Positions 31,791 to 43,983 are shown, counted from the stretch's first letter. The stretch: 64,000 nucleotides of DNA from an uncultured delta proteobacterium (GCA_963803435.1 CAWDML010000001.1:1664001-1728000); one strand, 5' to 3'. The notes: a model not told the origin generated them from the letters alone. A program made the numbers and translations.

Positions 31791-32681
31791 TCATCGTCCG
31801 GAGCGTACCGCCTCCATGGCCTTCTTCAAAGTGGTCCCCAGCTCGGCGGGGGTCGGCGCAATGGAGACGCCCGCGGCACGCAGCGCTTCGATCTTCTCGG
31901 CAGCTGTGCCCTTCCCGCCGGAGATGATCGCGCCGGCGTGGCCCATCCGCTTCCCGGGCGGGGCCGTCGAGCCGGCGACGAAACCGGCGATCGGCTTCTT
32001 CACCTCGCGGCGGATGAAGTCGGCGGCTGCCTCCTCGGCGGTCCCGCCGATCTCGCCGATCATGATGACGCCGTGGGTGTCGGGATCCCGGTTGAAGGCG
32101 TCGAGCACGTCGATGAAGTTGGTCCCGTTGACCGGATCTCCACCGATGCCGACGCACGTCGACTGGCCGATCCCGAGGGCCGTCAGCTGTCCCACGGCCT
32201 CGTACGTCAGGGTCCCGGATCGCGATACGACGCCGACGTGGCCGGCCGTGTGGATGTGCCCCGGCATGATGCCGATCTTGCACTGCGCGGGCGTGATCAC
32301 GCCGGGACAGTTCGGCCCGATCATCCGGACGCTCGATCCCTCCATGACCCGCGCGACCTTCACCATGTCGAGCACCGGGATGCCCTCGGTGATCACGACG
32401 ATCAGCGGGATCTCGGCGTCGAGCGCCTCCAGGATCGCGTCGGCGGCGTAGGCCGCGGGCACGTAGATGACGGTGGCGTTCGCGCCGGTCTTGCTCCGGG
32501 CGAGCGCCACGGTATCGAAGATCGGGATCCGATCCTCGAACCTTTGGCCGCCCTTCCCCGGCGTGACTCCGCCGACGATCTGGGTGCCGTACTCGAGCAT
32601 CTGCTTGGCATGGAACGAGCCGGCGGAGCCTGTGATGCCCTGAACCAGGACCTTGGTGTTCTTGTCGACCCAGATGGCCAC
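31791..32681 (-). CDS. sucD: Succinyl-CoA synthetase alpha subunit
   Basis: [29 protein letters not shown]. Confidence 0.98.
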   Translation of the reverse strand: MAIWVDKNTKVLVQGITGSAGSFHAKQMLEYGTQIVGGVTPGKGGQRFEDRIPIFDTVALARSKTGANATVIYVPAAYAADAILEALDAEIPLIVVITEGIPVLDMVKVARVMEGSSVRMIGPNCPGVITPAQCKIGIMPGHIHTAGHVGVVSRSGTLTYEAVGQLTALGIGQSTCVGIGGDPVNGTNFIDVLDAFNRDPDTHGVIMIGEIGGTAEEAAADFIRREVKKPIAGFVAGSTAPPGKRMGHAGAIISGGKGTAAEKIEALRAAGVSIAPTPAELGTTLKKAMEAVRSGR

Positions 32682-32683
32682 GA

Positions 32684-33865
32684 CTACTCCTTCTTGGCGC
32701 GGTGGTCGGCCGCGAGCTTCACGACCTTCTGTGCGGCGTCGAGCATGTCGTCCGCCGAGGTCAGCGCGAGCCCCGAGTCAGTCAGCAGCTTCTTGCCCAG
32801 CTCGACGTTGGTGCCCTCGAGGCGCACCACCACCGGGACCTCGATCTGCACCTCCTTGGCGGCGCGGATGATGCCCTCGGCGATGACATCGCACTTCATG
32901 ATCCCGCCGAAGATGTTGACCAGGATCGCCTCGACCTTCTCGTCGGCGAGGATGATCTTGAACGCAGCGGTCACCTTCTCCGTGGTGGCGCCACCGCCGA
33001 CGTCGAGAAAGTTGGCGGGCTCGCCGCCGCAGTGCTTGATGATGTCCATCGTGGCCATCGCGAGGCCGGCCCCGTTGACCATGCAACCCACATTGCCGTC
33101 GAGCGCGATGTAGCTGAGGTCGAACTCCTTGGCCTGGATCTCGCGGGGCTCCTCTTCGTCGAGATCGCGGTAGGCGACGAGGTCGGCGTGCCGGAACAGG
33201 GCGTTGTCGTCGAAGTTCATCTTGGCGTCGAGCGCCATGAGGTCGCCACTCTTGGTGATGATCAGCGGATTCACCTCGACCAGCGTGGCGTCGGTCTCGA
33301 CATAGGCGCGATACAGCGCGGAGCAGAGCCTCACGCCCTTGCCGATCAACGCCGAGGGCAGACCGAGGGCGAAGAAGATCTCACGGACCTGAAACGGCGA
33401 CAGCCCGGCGGCCGGATCGATCGCGACGCGATGGATCTTCTCGGGCGTCTTGGCGGCGACCTCTTCGATGTCCATGCCGCCCTCGGCCGACATCATGAGC
33501 ACGACCCGCTTCTTTGCCCGGTCGAGGACCAAACCCAGGTAGAGCTCCTTGTCGATCGCGACCCCCTCCTCGATCAGGAGGCGCCGAACCTTCTGCCCTT
33601 CCGGGCCGGTCTGATGCGTCTTCAGCATCATGCCCAGGATCTCGCTCGCCCGCGCCTTCGCCTCGTCGAGCGTCTTGGCCAGCTTGACACCGCCTCCCTT
33701 CCCCCGACCGCCGGCGTGGATCTGCGCCTTCACCACCACCGGCAACGTGCCGAGAGAACGGGCATTGTCGGCTGCCTGCTCGACCGTCGACGCCACCTTT
33801 CCGCGAGGGATCGGGACGCCGAAGCGGCTGAGCACTTCCTTGGCTTGATACTCGTGAATCTTCAT
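32684..33865 (-). CDS. sucC: Succinyl-CoA synthetase beta subunit
   Basis: [39 protein letters not shown]. Confidence 0.98.
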   Translation of the reverse strand: MKIHEYQAKEVLSRFGVPIPRGKVASTVEQAADNARSLGTLPVVVKAQIHAGGRGKGGGVKLAKTLDEAKARASEILGMMLKTHQTGPEGQKVRRLLIEEGVAIDKELYLGLVLDRAKKRVVLMMSAEGGMDIEEVAAKTPEKIHRVAIDPAAGLSPFQVREIFFALGLPSALIGKGVRLCSALYRAYVETDATLVEVNPLIITKSGDLMALDAKMNFDDNALFRHADLVAYRDLDEEEPREIQAKEFDLSYIALDGNVGCMVNGAGLAMATMDIIKHCGGEPANFLDVGGGATTEKVTAAFKIILADEKVEAILVNIFGGIMKCDVIAEGIIRAAKEVQIEVPVVVRLEGTNVELGKKLLTDSGLALTSADDMLDAAQKVVKLAADHRAKKE

Positions 33866-34012
33866 CGAAGCTCCGCGAACAGCGTTCTAGTCGGTGGATG
33901 GACCGGACGCAACCGGAGTTAGCCCTTTGCTGCGGGTCCGACGGCGTGACACGGCTCGTCGAAGTAGGACCCCAACCGCCCAGACAGCAACGATCGGGGG
34001 TCCACCGGCTCC

Positions 34013-35332
34013 TCAGAAAGTCGGCGTGAAGAAGATGCGAGCGAAGACGAGCGCCATCATGACCCCGACGAAGTCCGCCGTGAGACACGGGATCAACGTG
34101 TGCCGCGTCTCGCGGACGCCGACCGAGCCGTAATAGACCGCGAGCACGTAGAACGTGGTCTCCATGCTTCCGTTCATCACCGAGACCAGGAAGCCGACGA
34201 ACGAGTCGGGCCCGTGCGTCTTCATCGTATCGACGACGACCGCCAGCGCGCCGCTCCCCGAGAGCGGCCGGATGAAGGCCATCGGCAGGGCCTCGGCCGG
34301 CATCCCGATCAGGCCGGTCACCGGAGCCACGCTCTTCACCAGGAAGTCGAGCGCCCCCGAGGCCCGGAACATTCCGATCGCCACCAGGATCGCGACCAGG
34401 AAGGGGATGATGGTGACACAGATGTTGAAGCCCTCCTTCGCGCCGGCGATGACGGCCTCGTAGACGCGGACGCCCCGGGCGAAGCCGACCAGCAGGATGC
34501 CCATGAGGATGGTGGGCAGCAGCCAGGCGGAGAGCACGTTCTTCGCCGTGTCCGCCAGATCGCCGGGGCCCGCGGTCAGCTCGCGGATCACCGCAGCGAT
34601 CAGCACACCGATCACGATCATCGACGCGTAGTTCCGCCACGGAATGACCGTCCGCGCCTTCTCCGCGAGCTGCTCCGCGACGTCCATGCCCTTGATCTCG
34701 GAGGGCTCCGCGGCCGCCACGCTCGCCTCCTCCAGCGTGTAACGGGACGGGGAGAAGAAGCCGAGGTTCTCGATCAACTTGCACACGATGATCGCGGCGA
34801 TCGTGGAGCAGGCGGTGGAGAGGATCGACGGCGCGATGATCCCGGTGACGTCGTGCGCGCCCATCGAGGCGCGCACCGCCACGATCCCGAGCGGGAGGAT
34901 GGCGACGCCCGAGGTGTTGATGGCGAGGAACAACGCCATGCTGTTGGTGGCGATGCCGCGGTGCTTGTTGAGGCGGTTGAGCTCGACCATCGCCTTGAGC
35001 CCGAACGGCGTGGCCGCGTTGGCGAGACCGAGCATGTTGGCCGCCAGGTTCATGATCATGGCGCTCATCGCCGGGTGACCCTCCGGGACCTCGGGGAACA
35101 GGCGGCGCATCACCGGGCCGACCACGCGTGCGATGACCTTCATCATCCCGGCCTCCTCGAGGACGCGCATCACGCCGAGCCACAGGGCCATCTGGCCGAT
35201 GAGGCTGATCGCCAGCTCGACGGCCGACTTCGCGGAGTCGGCGCTCGCCTTGGTGACCGGCTCCATCGTCCCCGTGAGGGCGGCCGTGAGCGTCGCGCCG
35301 ACGATCAGCACGAGGAAGATCCAGTTGAGCAC
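34013..35332 (-). CDS. SpmA/SpmB-fusion nucleoside-recognition (Gate) membrane protein
   Basis: MLNWIF, ANMLGLANAATPFGLKAM, RPLSGSGA, METTFYVLAVYYGSV. Confidence 0.9.
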   Translation of the reverse strand: MLNWIFLVLIVGATLTAALTGTMEPVTKASADSAKSAVELAISLIGQMALWLGVMRVLEEAGMMKVIARVVGPVMRRLFPEVPEGHPAMSAMIMNLAANMLGLANAATPFGLKAMVELNRLNKHRGIATNSMALFLAINTSGVAILPLGIVAVRASMGAHDVTGIIAPSILSTACSTIAAIIVCKLIENLGFFSPSRYTLEEASVAAAEPSEIKGMDVAEQLAEKARTVIPWRNYASMIVIGVLIAAVIRELTAGPGDLADTAKNVLSAWLLPTILMGILLVGFARGVRVYEAVIAGAKEGFNICVTIIPFLVAILVAIGMFRASGALDFLVKSVAPVTGLIGMPAEALPMAFIRPLSGSGALAVVVDTMKTHGPDSFVGFLVSVMNGSMETTFYVLAVYYGSVGVRETRHTLIPCLTADFVGVMMALVFARIFFTPTF

Positions 35333-35428
35333 GCCCGGTGCACTACCTCATTCCTGCTCGACGCGCACCCCGCCGGCAACGCTGTCGTCGATGTTGGACA
35401 ACGCGGGTTTCGTGCTAGCAAGCGGTTC

Positions 35429-36133
35429 ATGAGGTATGCGTTCCTCGTCCTCGAAGAGCACCCGTACGGGCGCGAGATGCTCTCGCAGCTGCTCGGCGCC
35501 GGCTTCGTCCCCGCGCTCTTGATCGAGGAGCGCTCGCCGGTCGCCGACGTCGAGCGCGCCAAGTTCCTGACGCGGATCGCGGGGCACACGCCGGCGCCGA
35601 CGTTCACGGAGCTCCTCCACGGCCGCGACGTCCGGCGCGTGCAGGTGCCGGATCACAATCATCCATCGTGCGCGGCGCTGCTGGAGACACTGGCGCCCGA
35701 GCTGATCGTCCTGGGGGGGACGCGGATCCTGAAGCCGCACGTCTTCCGGCACGCGCGGCACGGGGCGCTCAACGCGCACCCTGGGCTGCTGCCGGAGGTG
35801 CGCGGCTCGGCTTCGGTGGCGTGGGCGATCCACCTCGATGTTCCGATCGGCTGTACCTGCCACTTCATCGAGGCCGGGATCGACACCGGTCCGATCGTGG
35901 GTCGGCGAACGATCGACGTCCACCGGGGCGATACATACGAGGACCTCTGTTTTGCGACGCTCGGGCTCTCGGGGACGCTGATGCGGGAGGCGCTCGAGGC
36001 GTACGCGCGGGGCGCCCTGGCCGGCACCCCGCAGGCGTCGGGCGGGAAGGCGCTCAGGAACATGCCCGCGGAGATGGTGGAGGCGGTGAAGGCGAAGCTG
36101 GCGCGCGGCGAGTACGCGCACTACGCCTCGTGA
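35429..36133 (+). CDS. Formyltransferase-family protein
   Basis: LNAHPGLLPEVRG, CHFIEAGIDTGPI. Confidence 0.85.
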   Translation: MRYAFLVLEEHPYGREMLSQLLGAGFVPALLIEERSPVADVERAKFLTRIAGHTPAPTFTELLHGRDVRRVQVPDHNHPSCAALLETLAPELIVLGGTRILKPHVFRHARHGALNAHPGLLPEVRGSASVAWAIHLDVPIGCTCHFIEAGIDTGPIVGRRTIDVHRGDTYEDLCFATLGLSGTLMREALEAYARGALAGTPQASGGKALRNMPAEMVEAVKAKLARGEYAHYAS

Positions 36134-36214
36134 TCGGATCGAAATCGGGACCGTTGATCGTGATCCCGATCGGAATCACGCTCGGGAATCGCGATTCATG
36201 ATCGACGGCATTCC

Positions 36215-37045
36215 TCAGCCCTTCACCGCACCCTGCGTCAGCCCGCCCACGACGTGCCGCTCCAGGACGAAGAACAGCGCCATCACCGGGATGCTCACCA
36301 GCACCGCCCCGGCCGCGAACGCCCCCCAATCCGTGGTCTTCGCGCCCACGTAGCTCCTCAGGACTACCGGCAGCGTGTAGCTGGTCTCCTTCGCCATGAA
36401 CGTGGCCGCCAGGATGAACTCGTTCCACGCGGTCATGAAGGAGAACAGGGCGGTCACGGCGATCGCGGGGCGCGCCAGGGGGAGGATCAGCGACCAGAAG
36501 ATGCGGGCGCGGGAGGCGCCGTCGAGGAGCGCCGCCTCCTCGAGCTCGGTGGGGATGGTGTCGAAGTAGCCCTTGAGCATGAAGACGCAGAACGGGAGCG
36601 CCGTGGTGCTGTAGACCAGCGCGAGGCCGGCGGCGGTGTCGAGGAGGTGGAGGCGGTCGAGCAGGACGTACAGCGGGATCATCACCATCGTCGGCGGAAA
36701 CATCTGCGTGATGAGAAAGCTGGAGAGGGCCAGGTCGCGGCCGGCGAAGCGGAAACGCGAGAAGGCGTAGGCGGCGGTGGTGGCGAGGGCGATGCCGATG
36801 ACGGTGGTGGCGGCGCTGACGACGATCGAGTTGAAGAGCTGGCGCCCGAACAGCCAGCTCCCGTCGGCGGCGGTGGTGCCGACGACGCGGACGAAGTTGT
36901 CGAGGCTGACCTCGGACGGGATCGGGCTGGCGCTGCCGGCGAAGCTGCGTCCGGCGGAGAAGGCCATCTTGAGGACCCAGAGCACCGGATACAGCGAGAC
37001 GATGGAGGCGAAGATCAGGATGGCGTGCGGGACCAGCTTCTTCAT
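36215..37045 (-). CDS. Sugar ABC transporter permease (MalG-like)
   Basis: EAA loop 'DTIPTELEEAALLDGAS'; 'GGLTQGAVKG'. Confidence 0.93.
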   Translation of the reverse strand: MKKLVPHAILIFASIVSLYPVLWVLKMAFSAGRSFAGSASPIPSEVSLDNFVRVVGTTAADGSWLFGRQLFNSIVVSAATTVIGIALATTAAYAFSRFRFAGRDLALSSFLITQMFPPTMVMIPLYVLLDRLHLLDTAAGLALVYSTTALPFCVFMLKGYFDTIPTELEEAALLDGASRARIFWSLILPLARPAIAVTALFSFMTAWNEFILAATFMAKETSYTLPVVLRSYVGAKTTDWGAFAAGAVLVSIPVMALFFVLERHVVGGLTQGAVKG

Positions 37046-38700
37046 CGGAGCGCCTCCTCGGCCGCCTTCGAGACGCGAGACGTCATCCATCCATACAACA
37101 GCAGCACCAGGAAGATGATCACCGAGTACGCGGCCGCGTAGCCGTACGCGCCGCCCTGGGCCGCGCCGCGCTCGAAGGCCCACTTGTACGCTTCGGTCAC
37201 CAGGATCTCGGTGGCACCGTCCGGCTTGCCCTCGGAGACCAGGTAGATGACCTCGAACTTGTTGAAGGTCCAGATCGAGCCGAGGATCACGGCCGGCAGG
37301 AGCGCCGGGCGCAGCAACGGGAGCGTGATCCGGAGGAACTGCTGGAGCTGACCGGCGCCGTCGACCTCGGCGGCCTCGTAGAGATCCTTCGGGATCGAGG
37401 TGAGCGCGCCCAGCGAAACCACCATCATGAACGGGAAGCCCAGCCAGACGTTCGTGATCAGGTTGGCGAGGAAGGCGGTGCTGGTCTCGTGCATCCACGA
37501 GAAGCCCTCGAGGCCGAGCAGCCGGTTCACCACGCCGATGTCCGGGTCGAACATCGAGCGCCAGATCAGCGCCGTCAGGTAGGCCGGCACCGCCCAGGGG
37601 ATGATCAGGAGCAGCCGGTAGACCTTGGAGACGCGCGGCGCGCGGTTCTGGAGCATCAGCGCCAGCAGCAGCCCGATCGAGAGGTGGAGGATCACGTTGA
37701 GGAACGTCCACACCGTCGTGAGCACCAGCGAGTACGGCAGCGAGCGCGGCTCGAACCAGGAGCGGCCCGACGAGGTGAGGATACCGATGAAGTTGGAGAG
37801 ACCCGCGAACGTGTACGTGCCGTGGACGTGATGGAAGAAGGAGAGCCCGATCCCGAAGAGGAACGGGATGCCCACCAGGAGCAGCAGGCCGCCCATCGCC
37901 GGGGAGATCGCGAGGTACGCATGCCGATCCGTACGCATCGCCGAGACCGCGCGCGCTGCCAGATCGCTGCCCAAGACGAACGCCAACAGCACTCCGGCCA
38001 GCGCTCCGCAGGTGGTCACGAGACGCGGGATCTGGATCGGAAACTCGACGATCGGGATGTTCGTCCGTCCCTGCGCCAGGTAATCGCTGGCCGCGTTGGA
38101 GGCGATCACCAGGTACGGGCCCACCAGGTAGACGATGACGGCGCCGGCCGCCATCGCCCCCGCTGGAGCGGCGATCTTGGTAGGCAGCCGGAAGCGCAGC
38201 GCCAGCATCACCACCAGCCCCACCATGAGGGAGGTGAACGCCGACCGCCACGGACCCGGCATCGGGATGGGCGGCGGGTTCTGCACCAGCTCGGCGGAGC
38301 GATCGTTGTCGGGGACCGTGACGCGCCAGGCGCCGCCGGGGAGGCGCTCGCGGAGCGGAACCTTCTTCCGCGTCACCTCCGAGTGGCGGTCCGAGCGCGC
38401 CTTGTCGTAGGGGTCCTGCCCCCGGAGCGCGGTGCCTTCGCGCGCAGTGCTCGCGGTGAACACGACGTACGTCTGGTGGTTGAGGAAGTAGTACTTCGCG
38501 GACTCCACGCCCTTGACGATGGTGAGGTCGCCCTCGACCTTCTTGTCGCGGGCGGCCGCGTCGCGGGCGTCGAGCGTCACCCGCATCCCGCGCATCTGGT
38601 CGAGGTCATCGGCCGTGCGGTCGTCCAGGAGCGCGGCCGCGAGCAGCGCGGTCACGGCGATGGCGAATGCGCCTCCCAGGTCTCGGGCTCCGACCGCCAC
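37042..38700 (-). CDS. Sugar ABC transporter permease (MalF-like, N-terminally extended)
   Basis: 'IPKDLYEAAEVDGAG', 'NVWLGFPFMM', 'YGYAAAYSVIIF'. Confidence 0.9.
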   Translation of the reverse strand: MAVGARDLGGAFAIAVTALLAAALLDDRTADDLDQMRGMRVTLDARDAAARDKKVEGDLTIVKGVESAKYYFLNHQTYVVFTASTAREGTALRGQDPYDKARSDRHSEVTRKKVPLRERLPGGAWRVTVPDNDRSAELVQNPPPIPMPGPWRSAFTSLMVGLVVMLALRFRLPTKIAAPAGAMAAGAVIVYLVGPYLVIASNAASDYLAQGRTNIPIVEFPIQIPRLVTTCGALAGVLLAFVLGSDLAARAVSAMRTDRHAYLAISPAMGGLLLLVGIPFLFGIGLSFFHHVHGTYTFAGLSNFIGILTSSGRSWFEPRSLPYSLVLTTVWTFLNVILHLSIGLLLALMLQNRAPRVSKVYRLLLIIPWAVPAYLTALIWRSMFDPDIGVVNRLLGLEGFSWMHETSTAFLANLITNVWLGFPFMMVVSLGALTSIPKDLYEAAEVDGAGQLQQFLRITLPLLRPALLPAVILGSIWTFNKFEVIYLVSEGKPDGATEILVTEAYKWAFERGAAQGGAYGYAAAYSVIIFLVLLLYGWMTSRVSKAAEEALR

Positions 38701-38706
38701 GTCAAC

Positions 38707-39929
38707 CTACCTTGCAGCCGCCAGCGCCACGTCGATCCGGCGCTGCGCCTCCGCCACCGCCTCGGCCGGCGGAATGCCCTGGTGGATCGCGTTGTAGAGG
38801 GCACCGTTCATCGGCGTCCACACCGCCGCCATCCGTGGATCCGACGGCGAAGGGACCGAGTTGAGGAACGCCGTCCGGAACGCAGCGAAGATCTGCTGAT
38901 CCTTCTCCGAGAGCGTGGGGAGCACCTCCTCCCAGGTCTGCCGAAGCGTGACGGACTGCCCGCCCACCTTCATTCGGATCGAGGCGCTCCTCGGATCGTT
39001 GGCGAGGAAGCGCATCACCTCGAAGGCCTCCTTCGGGTGTTGCGAGCGCGCCGAGAGCAGGATCCCCTCGCAGGTGGAGAAGCCGCTCGACGGCTTCCCG
39101 CCCGCGAACGCCGGGATCGGCACCACCGAGTACGGGACCGTCTTCGGGATCTCGGAGCGGAACCAGGGGCCGCTGATCAGCATCGGCGTGCGGCCCTCGG
39201 AGAACATCGCGCTGGCGGTGACCTGCGTGGGATCGTCCGGGATGATGCGCTCTTCCTTGGCCAGCCGGCGCGCCATCTCGAGCGAGCGGATCACGCCGGG
39301 GTTGGTGACGTCGACGTTGCCGCTGATCCCTCTTCGTGGATCGGCGCCCTCGAAGATGAAGCCGCCGTAGGAGAACAGCAGCGGGGTGTGAAAGAAGAGG
39401 TCGACGTTGTTGTAGACCAGACCGTAGCGAGCCTGGGCCGGCACGGTGAGCTTCTTCGCGATGGCGAGCAGGCTCTCGAAGTCGGTCGGCGGGTCCTTCA
39501 CCAGATCGGTGCGGACGTACAGGGCGAGCGCCTTGTGGGCGAGCGGGAGCCCATACAGAGAGGGACCATACGCCAGCGCGAAGACGCAGTCGGTCTCGTG
39601 GGCGTCGAGCATCGGCTCGTCCACCAGGAGCTCGATCGGCTCGACCTCGCCGCCCTCCGCCCAGCCGCCGATGCGATCGTGGGCGTAGATGAAGACGTCG
39701 GGCCCGTGGCCGCGCGGGATCGCGACGGTGATCTTGTCGGCGAGCGCCTCGTTCGGTACGCCGCTGGCGACAATCCGGATCCCCGGGTGCGTCTGGTCGA
39801 AGAGCGCGATGGCCTGGAAGAGCGCGTCGCGCTCGGCGCCGTTGTAGCTGTGCCAGAGCACCACCTCCGTCTGGGCCGAGGCGATCCGCGGGAGCAGCAG
39901 CGCCAGCACGAACGCCAGCCGCTTCGCGC

Positions 39930-39933
<4 letters not shown>
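38707..39933 (-). CDS. Sugar ABC transporter substrate-binding protein (MalE-like)
   Basis: Signal peptide, 'GPDVFIYAHDRIGGWA', 'MLISGPWF', 'PRMAAVW'. Confidence 0.9.
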
Positions 39934-40997
<1,064 letters not shown>

Positions 40998-41029
40998 GCT
41001 TCCGGCCGCGGCTAACACGCGAGAACGCG

Positions 41030-41380
41030 TTAGTCGACGACTTGCGCGCTCACGGTCGTGCAGTACCGGGTGAAGAGTCCGACGATGTTGAGGACACTGT
41101 GATCGACCGCGACGTTCTTCAGGGACTTGCCCTCCGCCTTGGCCTGCGCGGCGGCGTCGGCCAGCGCAGCATCGACGGACCAGTCGCCGAGCGCCACCAG
41201 GCTCAGCACGCTGAACGCGCACGATTCTCCCCGGATGTATCCGGTCGTCCGGCCGCCGGTCGCACCGGGCTTCAGCTCCCCGGGGCTGGACACGGCGGCG
41301 AAGATCAGGCCCTGGGGGCCGATCGCCGCGCAGGAGGAGGTGAGAAGCACCAGCACGAGCATGAGGAGCAGTCTTTTCAT
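41030..41380 (-). CDS. TRL-like family lipoprotein
   Basis: Lipobox TSSC; 'GESCAFSVLSLVALGD.SV', 'VDH....I.GLF..YCT.V'. Confidence 0.7.
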   Translation of the reverse strand: MKRLLLMLVLVLLTSSCAAIGPQGLIFAAVSSPGELKPGATGGRTTGYIRGESCAFSVLSLVALGDWSVDAALADAAAQAKAEGKSLKNVAVDHSVLNIVGLFTRYCTTVSAQVVD

Positions 41381-41464
41381 GCGCCGCCTTCTAGAAGCCC
41401 CGGCCGTGATCGGCAAAGCCAGTTTGCTTGCGCGGTTCGGGACCCGGTGGTTTGCTCCCGCGCC

Positions 41465-42469
41465 ATGGCGCGGGTGACGTTGATTCGAGGCGACGGGATC
41501 GGGCCCGAGATCATGGAGGCGGCCGTCTGCGTCCTGGAGGCGACGGGGGCCCAGCTCGAGTGGGACGAGCGGCTGGCGGGGACCGCGGCCCTCGCGAAGC
41601 TGGCCACGCCGGTGCCCGACGAGACGATCGAGTCGATCCGTGCGAACCACCTCGCGTTCAAGGGCCCCCTCGCGACGCCGATCGGCGGCGGCTACAAGAG
41701 CGTGAACGTGGCGTTCCGTCAGGAGCTCGATCTATATGCGAACGTCCGCCCCGCCCTCTCCATGGAGGGCGTGAAGACCCCGTTCTCCAACGTAGACCTG
41801 GTGGTGATCCGGGAGAACACCCAGGAGCTCTACAGCGGGATCGAGCATTACATCGACCCGAAGAAGGACGCGGCGCAGGCGATCTCGTTCATCTCGAAGC
41901 ACGCGTCCGACCGCATCGTCCGCTTCGCCTTCGAGTACGCGCGCGCGCACCAGAGGAAGAAGGTCACGCTGGTCCACAAGGCGAACATCCTCAAGCTCAC
42001 GACCGGGCTCTTCCTCAGCGTCGGCAAGGAGATCGCGGCCCGGTACCCGGACATCCAGTTCGAGGACCGGATCGTCGACGCGATGGCGATGGCGCTGGTG
42101 ATGCGACCGCAGCAGTTCGAGGTCATCGTCACCACGAACATGTTCGGCGACATCCTCTCGGATCTGACGGCGGGCCTCATCGGCGGTCTCGGGCTGGCGC
42201 CGTCGGGCAACTACGGCGAGGACACCGCGATCTTCGAGGCCATCCACGGCACTGCGCCCGACATCGCCGGCCGCGGCATCGGCAATCCCACCGCGCTCAT
42301 CCTCTCGGGCGCCATGATGCTCCGACACCTGGGCTACGTGGTGGAGGCGGCGGCGGTGGAGCGGTCGGTCCGCAAGGTCGTCGCCGAAGGACGCACCGTG
42401 ACGCCCGACCTGGGCGGAAAGGCGTCCACGATCGAGTACGGTCGAGCGGTGGCCGCGACGCTCTCGTAG
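41465..42469 (+). CDS. Isocitrate/isopropylmalate dehydrogenase family (NAD-IDH-like)
   Basis: GDGIGPEI, KGPLATP, RENT, VHKANI, NMFGDILSD, HGTAPDIAG. Confidence 0.92.
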   Translation: MARVTLIRGDGIGPEIMEAAVCVLEATGAQLEWDERLAGTAALAKLATPVPDETIESIRANHLAFKGPLATPIGGGYKSVNVAFRQELDLYANVRPALSMEGVKTPFSNVDLVVIRENTQELYSGIEHYIDPKKDAAQAISFISKHASDRIVRFAFEYARAHQRKKVTLVHKANILKLTTGLFLSVGKEIAARYPDIQFEDRIVDAMAMALVMRPQQFEVIVTTNMFGDILSDLTAGLIGGLGLAPSGNYGEDTAIFEAIHGTAPDIAGRGIGNPTALILSGAMMLRHLGYVVEAAAVERSVRKVVAEGRTVTPDLGGKASTIEYGRAVAATLS

Positions 42470-42533
42470 GCCTCGGTCGATCGACGGAGATCAGATCGAG
42501 CCGGCGCGCGCAGACCGGTTCAGCGACACGGTG

Positions 42534-42549
42534 CGGCACGGCGTTCGCA
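42534..42549 (+). promoter_or_regulatory. Sigma54 (-24/-12) promoter
   Basis: CGGCACGGCGTTCGCA fits GG-N10-GC and is close to the consensus TGGCACGNNNNTTGC. Confidence 0.6.
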
Positions 42550-42561
42550 CTGGCCCCGCCC

Positions 42562-43983
42562 ATGCGTGCTCTGGCGGCCGGCCTCCTCCTCCTCGCCTCC
42601 TGCAGCGACGATCCGCTGACGCGGTTGACCGGCGCGCTGGAGGTCACCGCGGTCAACGCGGCCCCGCGCGCCGAACGCGTCACCGTCCAGGCCCACCAGG
42701 GCGACACCGAGGCGTCGGGGAGCGAGGCCGTGGCCCACCCCGGCACAGTCGTGCTCCTCGAGCGGTTGAACCCGGGCGCCTGGAGCGTCCGGGTCGACGC
42801 ACGCGACCGCGACGGCGTCCCCTTGCAGGCGGTGTGGGTCGACGACGTCGGGATCCAGGCCCAGCTCGTCACGGAGCTCCTGGTGGATCTCGCGGACTCG
42901 CCGATCCCGCCACCCGCCGAGATCTGCAACGGCGTCGACGACGACGGCGACGGTGCGATCGACGAGGTCGAGGACCTCGCGCTCTGCGCCGCCTGCGAGG
43001 GCGGTCGCGAGGTCCTGCTGACCGACGACGAGCGCTGCGGCGAGGTCGCCTGCGATGAGCTCGATCGCCTCGAGGTCCGCGGCGACAACTCGGCCACCGG
43101 TGATTCGAGCTGCGTCGCGATCACCCACCGTGCCGCCAGCCGCTGCGCGGAGATCGGGCGGTGCGACACCACCACCGGCGCCTGCCGGCCCAGCGAATCG
43201 GTGTTGGCGAGCGCCGGTCTCTGCCGCACGATCTCGGAGTCGAGCTGCCTCGGCGGCGCGCCCGCGATCGACGTCGTCCCCGACGGCACGCCCTGCTCCG
43301 CAGAGCACACCTGCCAGGCCGGCGAGTGCGTGCCGATCGTCCCGATCGATCCCGAGGTGGGCTGCGCCGACGGCGAGCGCGAAGGCTTCCTCTCGCTCCT
43401 CGACTACCCCGGGATTGCCGGCTGCTCCGGCGGCTGGGCCCTCCCCGGCGTCACGAACAGCTTGGCGCCCGCGTGCCACCGCGGCGCGGGAGACGACTCC
43501 GGCAACGTCGCCGGCCTCGGCTGCAGCGCCGTCGATCTCTGCGCCGAGGGCTGGCACGTGTGCGACGGCAAGGACGAGGTCCTCCTCCAGTCCCCGGAGG
43601 GCTGCGCCGCCGCCGTCCCGGCCGGCACCCCCGACAAGTCCCTCTTCTTCGCGGTCCGTCAGTCGAGCCTCGAGGGCAGCACCTGCACGGACGACGGCAC
43701 CGGCGACAACGACGTCTTCGGCTGCGGCAACCTGGGCAACCTGCTCGGCGCCGACAAGAACTGCGCACCGCTCGACCGCGTCCTCGCGAGCACCCAGCCG
43801 AACAGCTGCGGCTTCAACGAGGCCGAGCCCCCGCTCGGTCCCTGGCAGTGCCTCGGGACGAACGACAGCCACCTCCACGAGGGCGCACTCGTCACCAAGG
43901 ACGCGTGCGCGAACAACGACTGCAGCTACGACGGCCACCCGATCGCGTCCTCGGACAAGGGTGGGGTCCTTTGCTGCCGCTGA
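42562..43983 (+). CDS. Cysteine-rich lipoprotein with MopE-like metal-binding motif
   Basis: Lipobox LASC; 'AEICNGVDDDGDGAIDE'; many Cys; C-terminal GGVLCCR. Confidence 0.8.
   Translation: MRALAAGLLLLASCSDDPLTRLTGALEVTAVNAAPRAERVTVQAHQGDTEASGSEAVAHPGTVVLLERLNPGAWSVRVDARDRDGVPLQAVWVDDVGIQAQLVTELLVDLADSPIPPPAEICNGVDDDGDGAIDEVEDLALCAACEGGREVLLTDDERCGEVACDELDRLEVRGDNSATGDSSCVAITHRAASRCAEIGRCDTTTGACRPSESVLASAGLCRTISESSCLGGAPAIDVVPDGTPCSAEHTCQAGECVPIVPIDPEVGCADGEREGFLSLLDYPGIAGCSGGWALPGVTNSLAPACHRGAGDDSGNVAGLGCSAVDLCAEGWHVCDGKDEVLLQSPEGCAAAVPAGTPDKSLFFAVRQSSLEGSTCTDDGTGDNDVFGCGNLGNLLGADKNCAPLDRVLASTQPNSCGFNEAEPPLGPWQCLGTNDSHLHEGALVTKDACANNDCSYDGHPIASSDKGGVLCCR

Noticed and set aside
33866-34012. 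Possible c-di-GMP riboswitch or tRNA upstream of sucC
   Set aside because: Only short chance matches; no recognisable consensus or cloverleaf.
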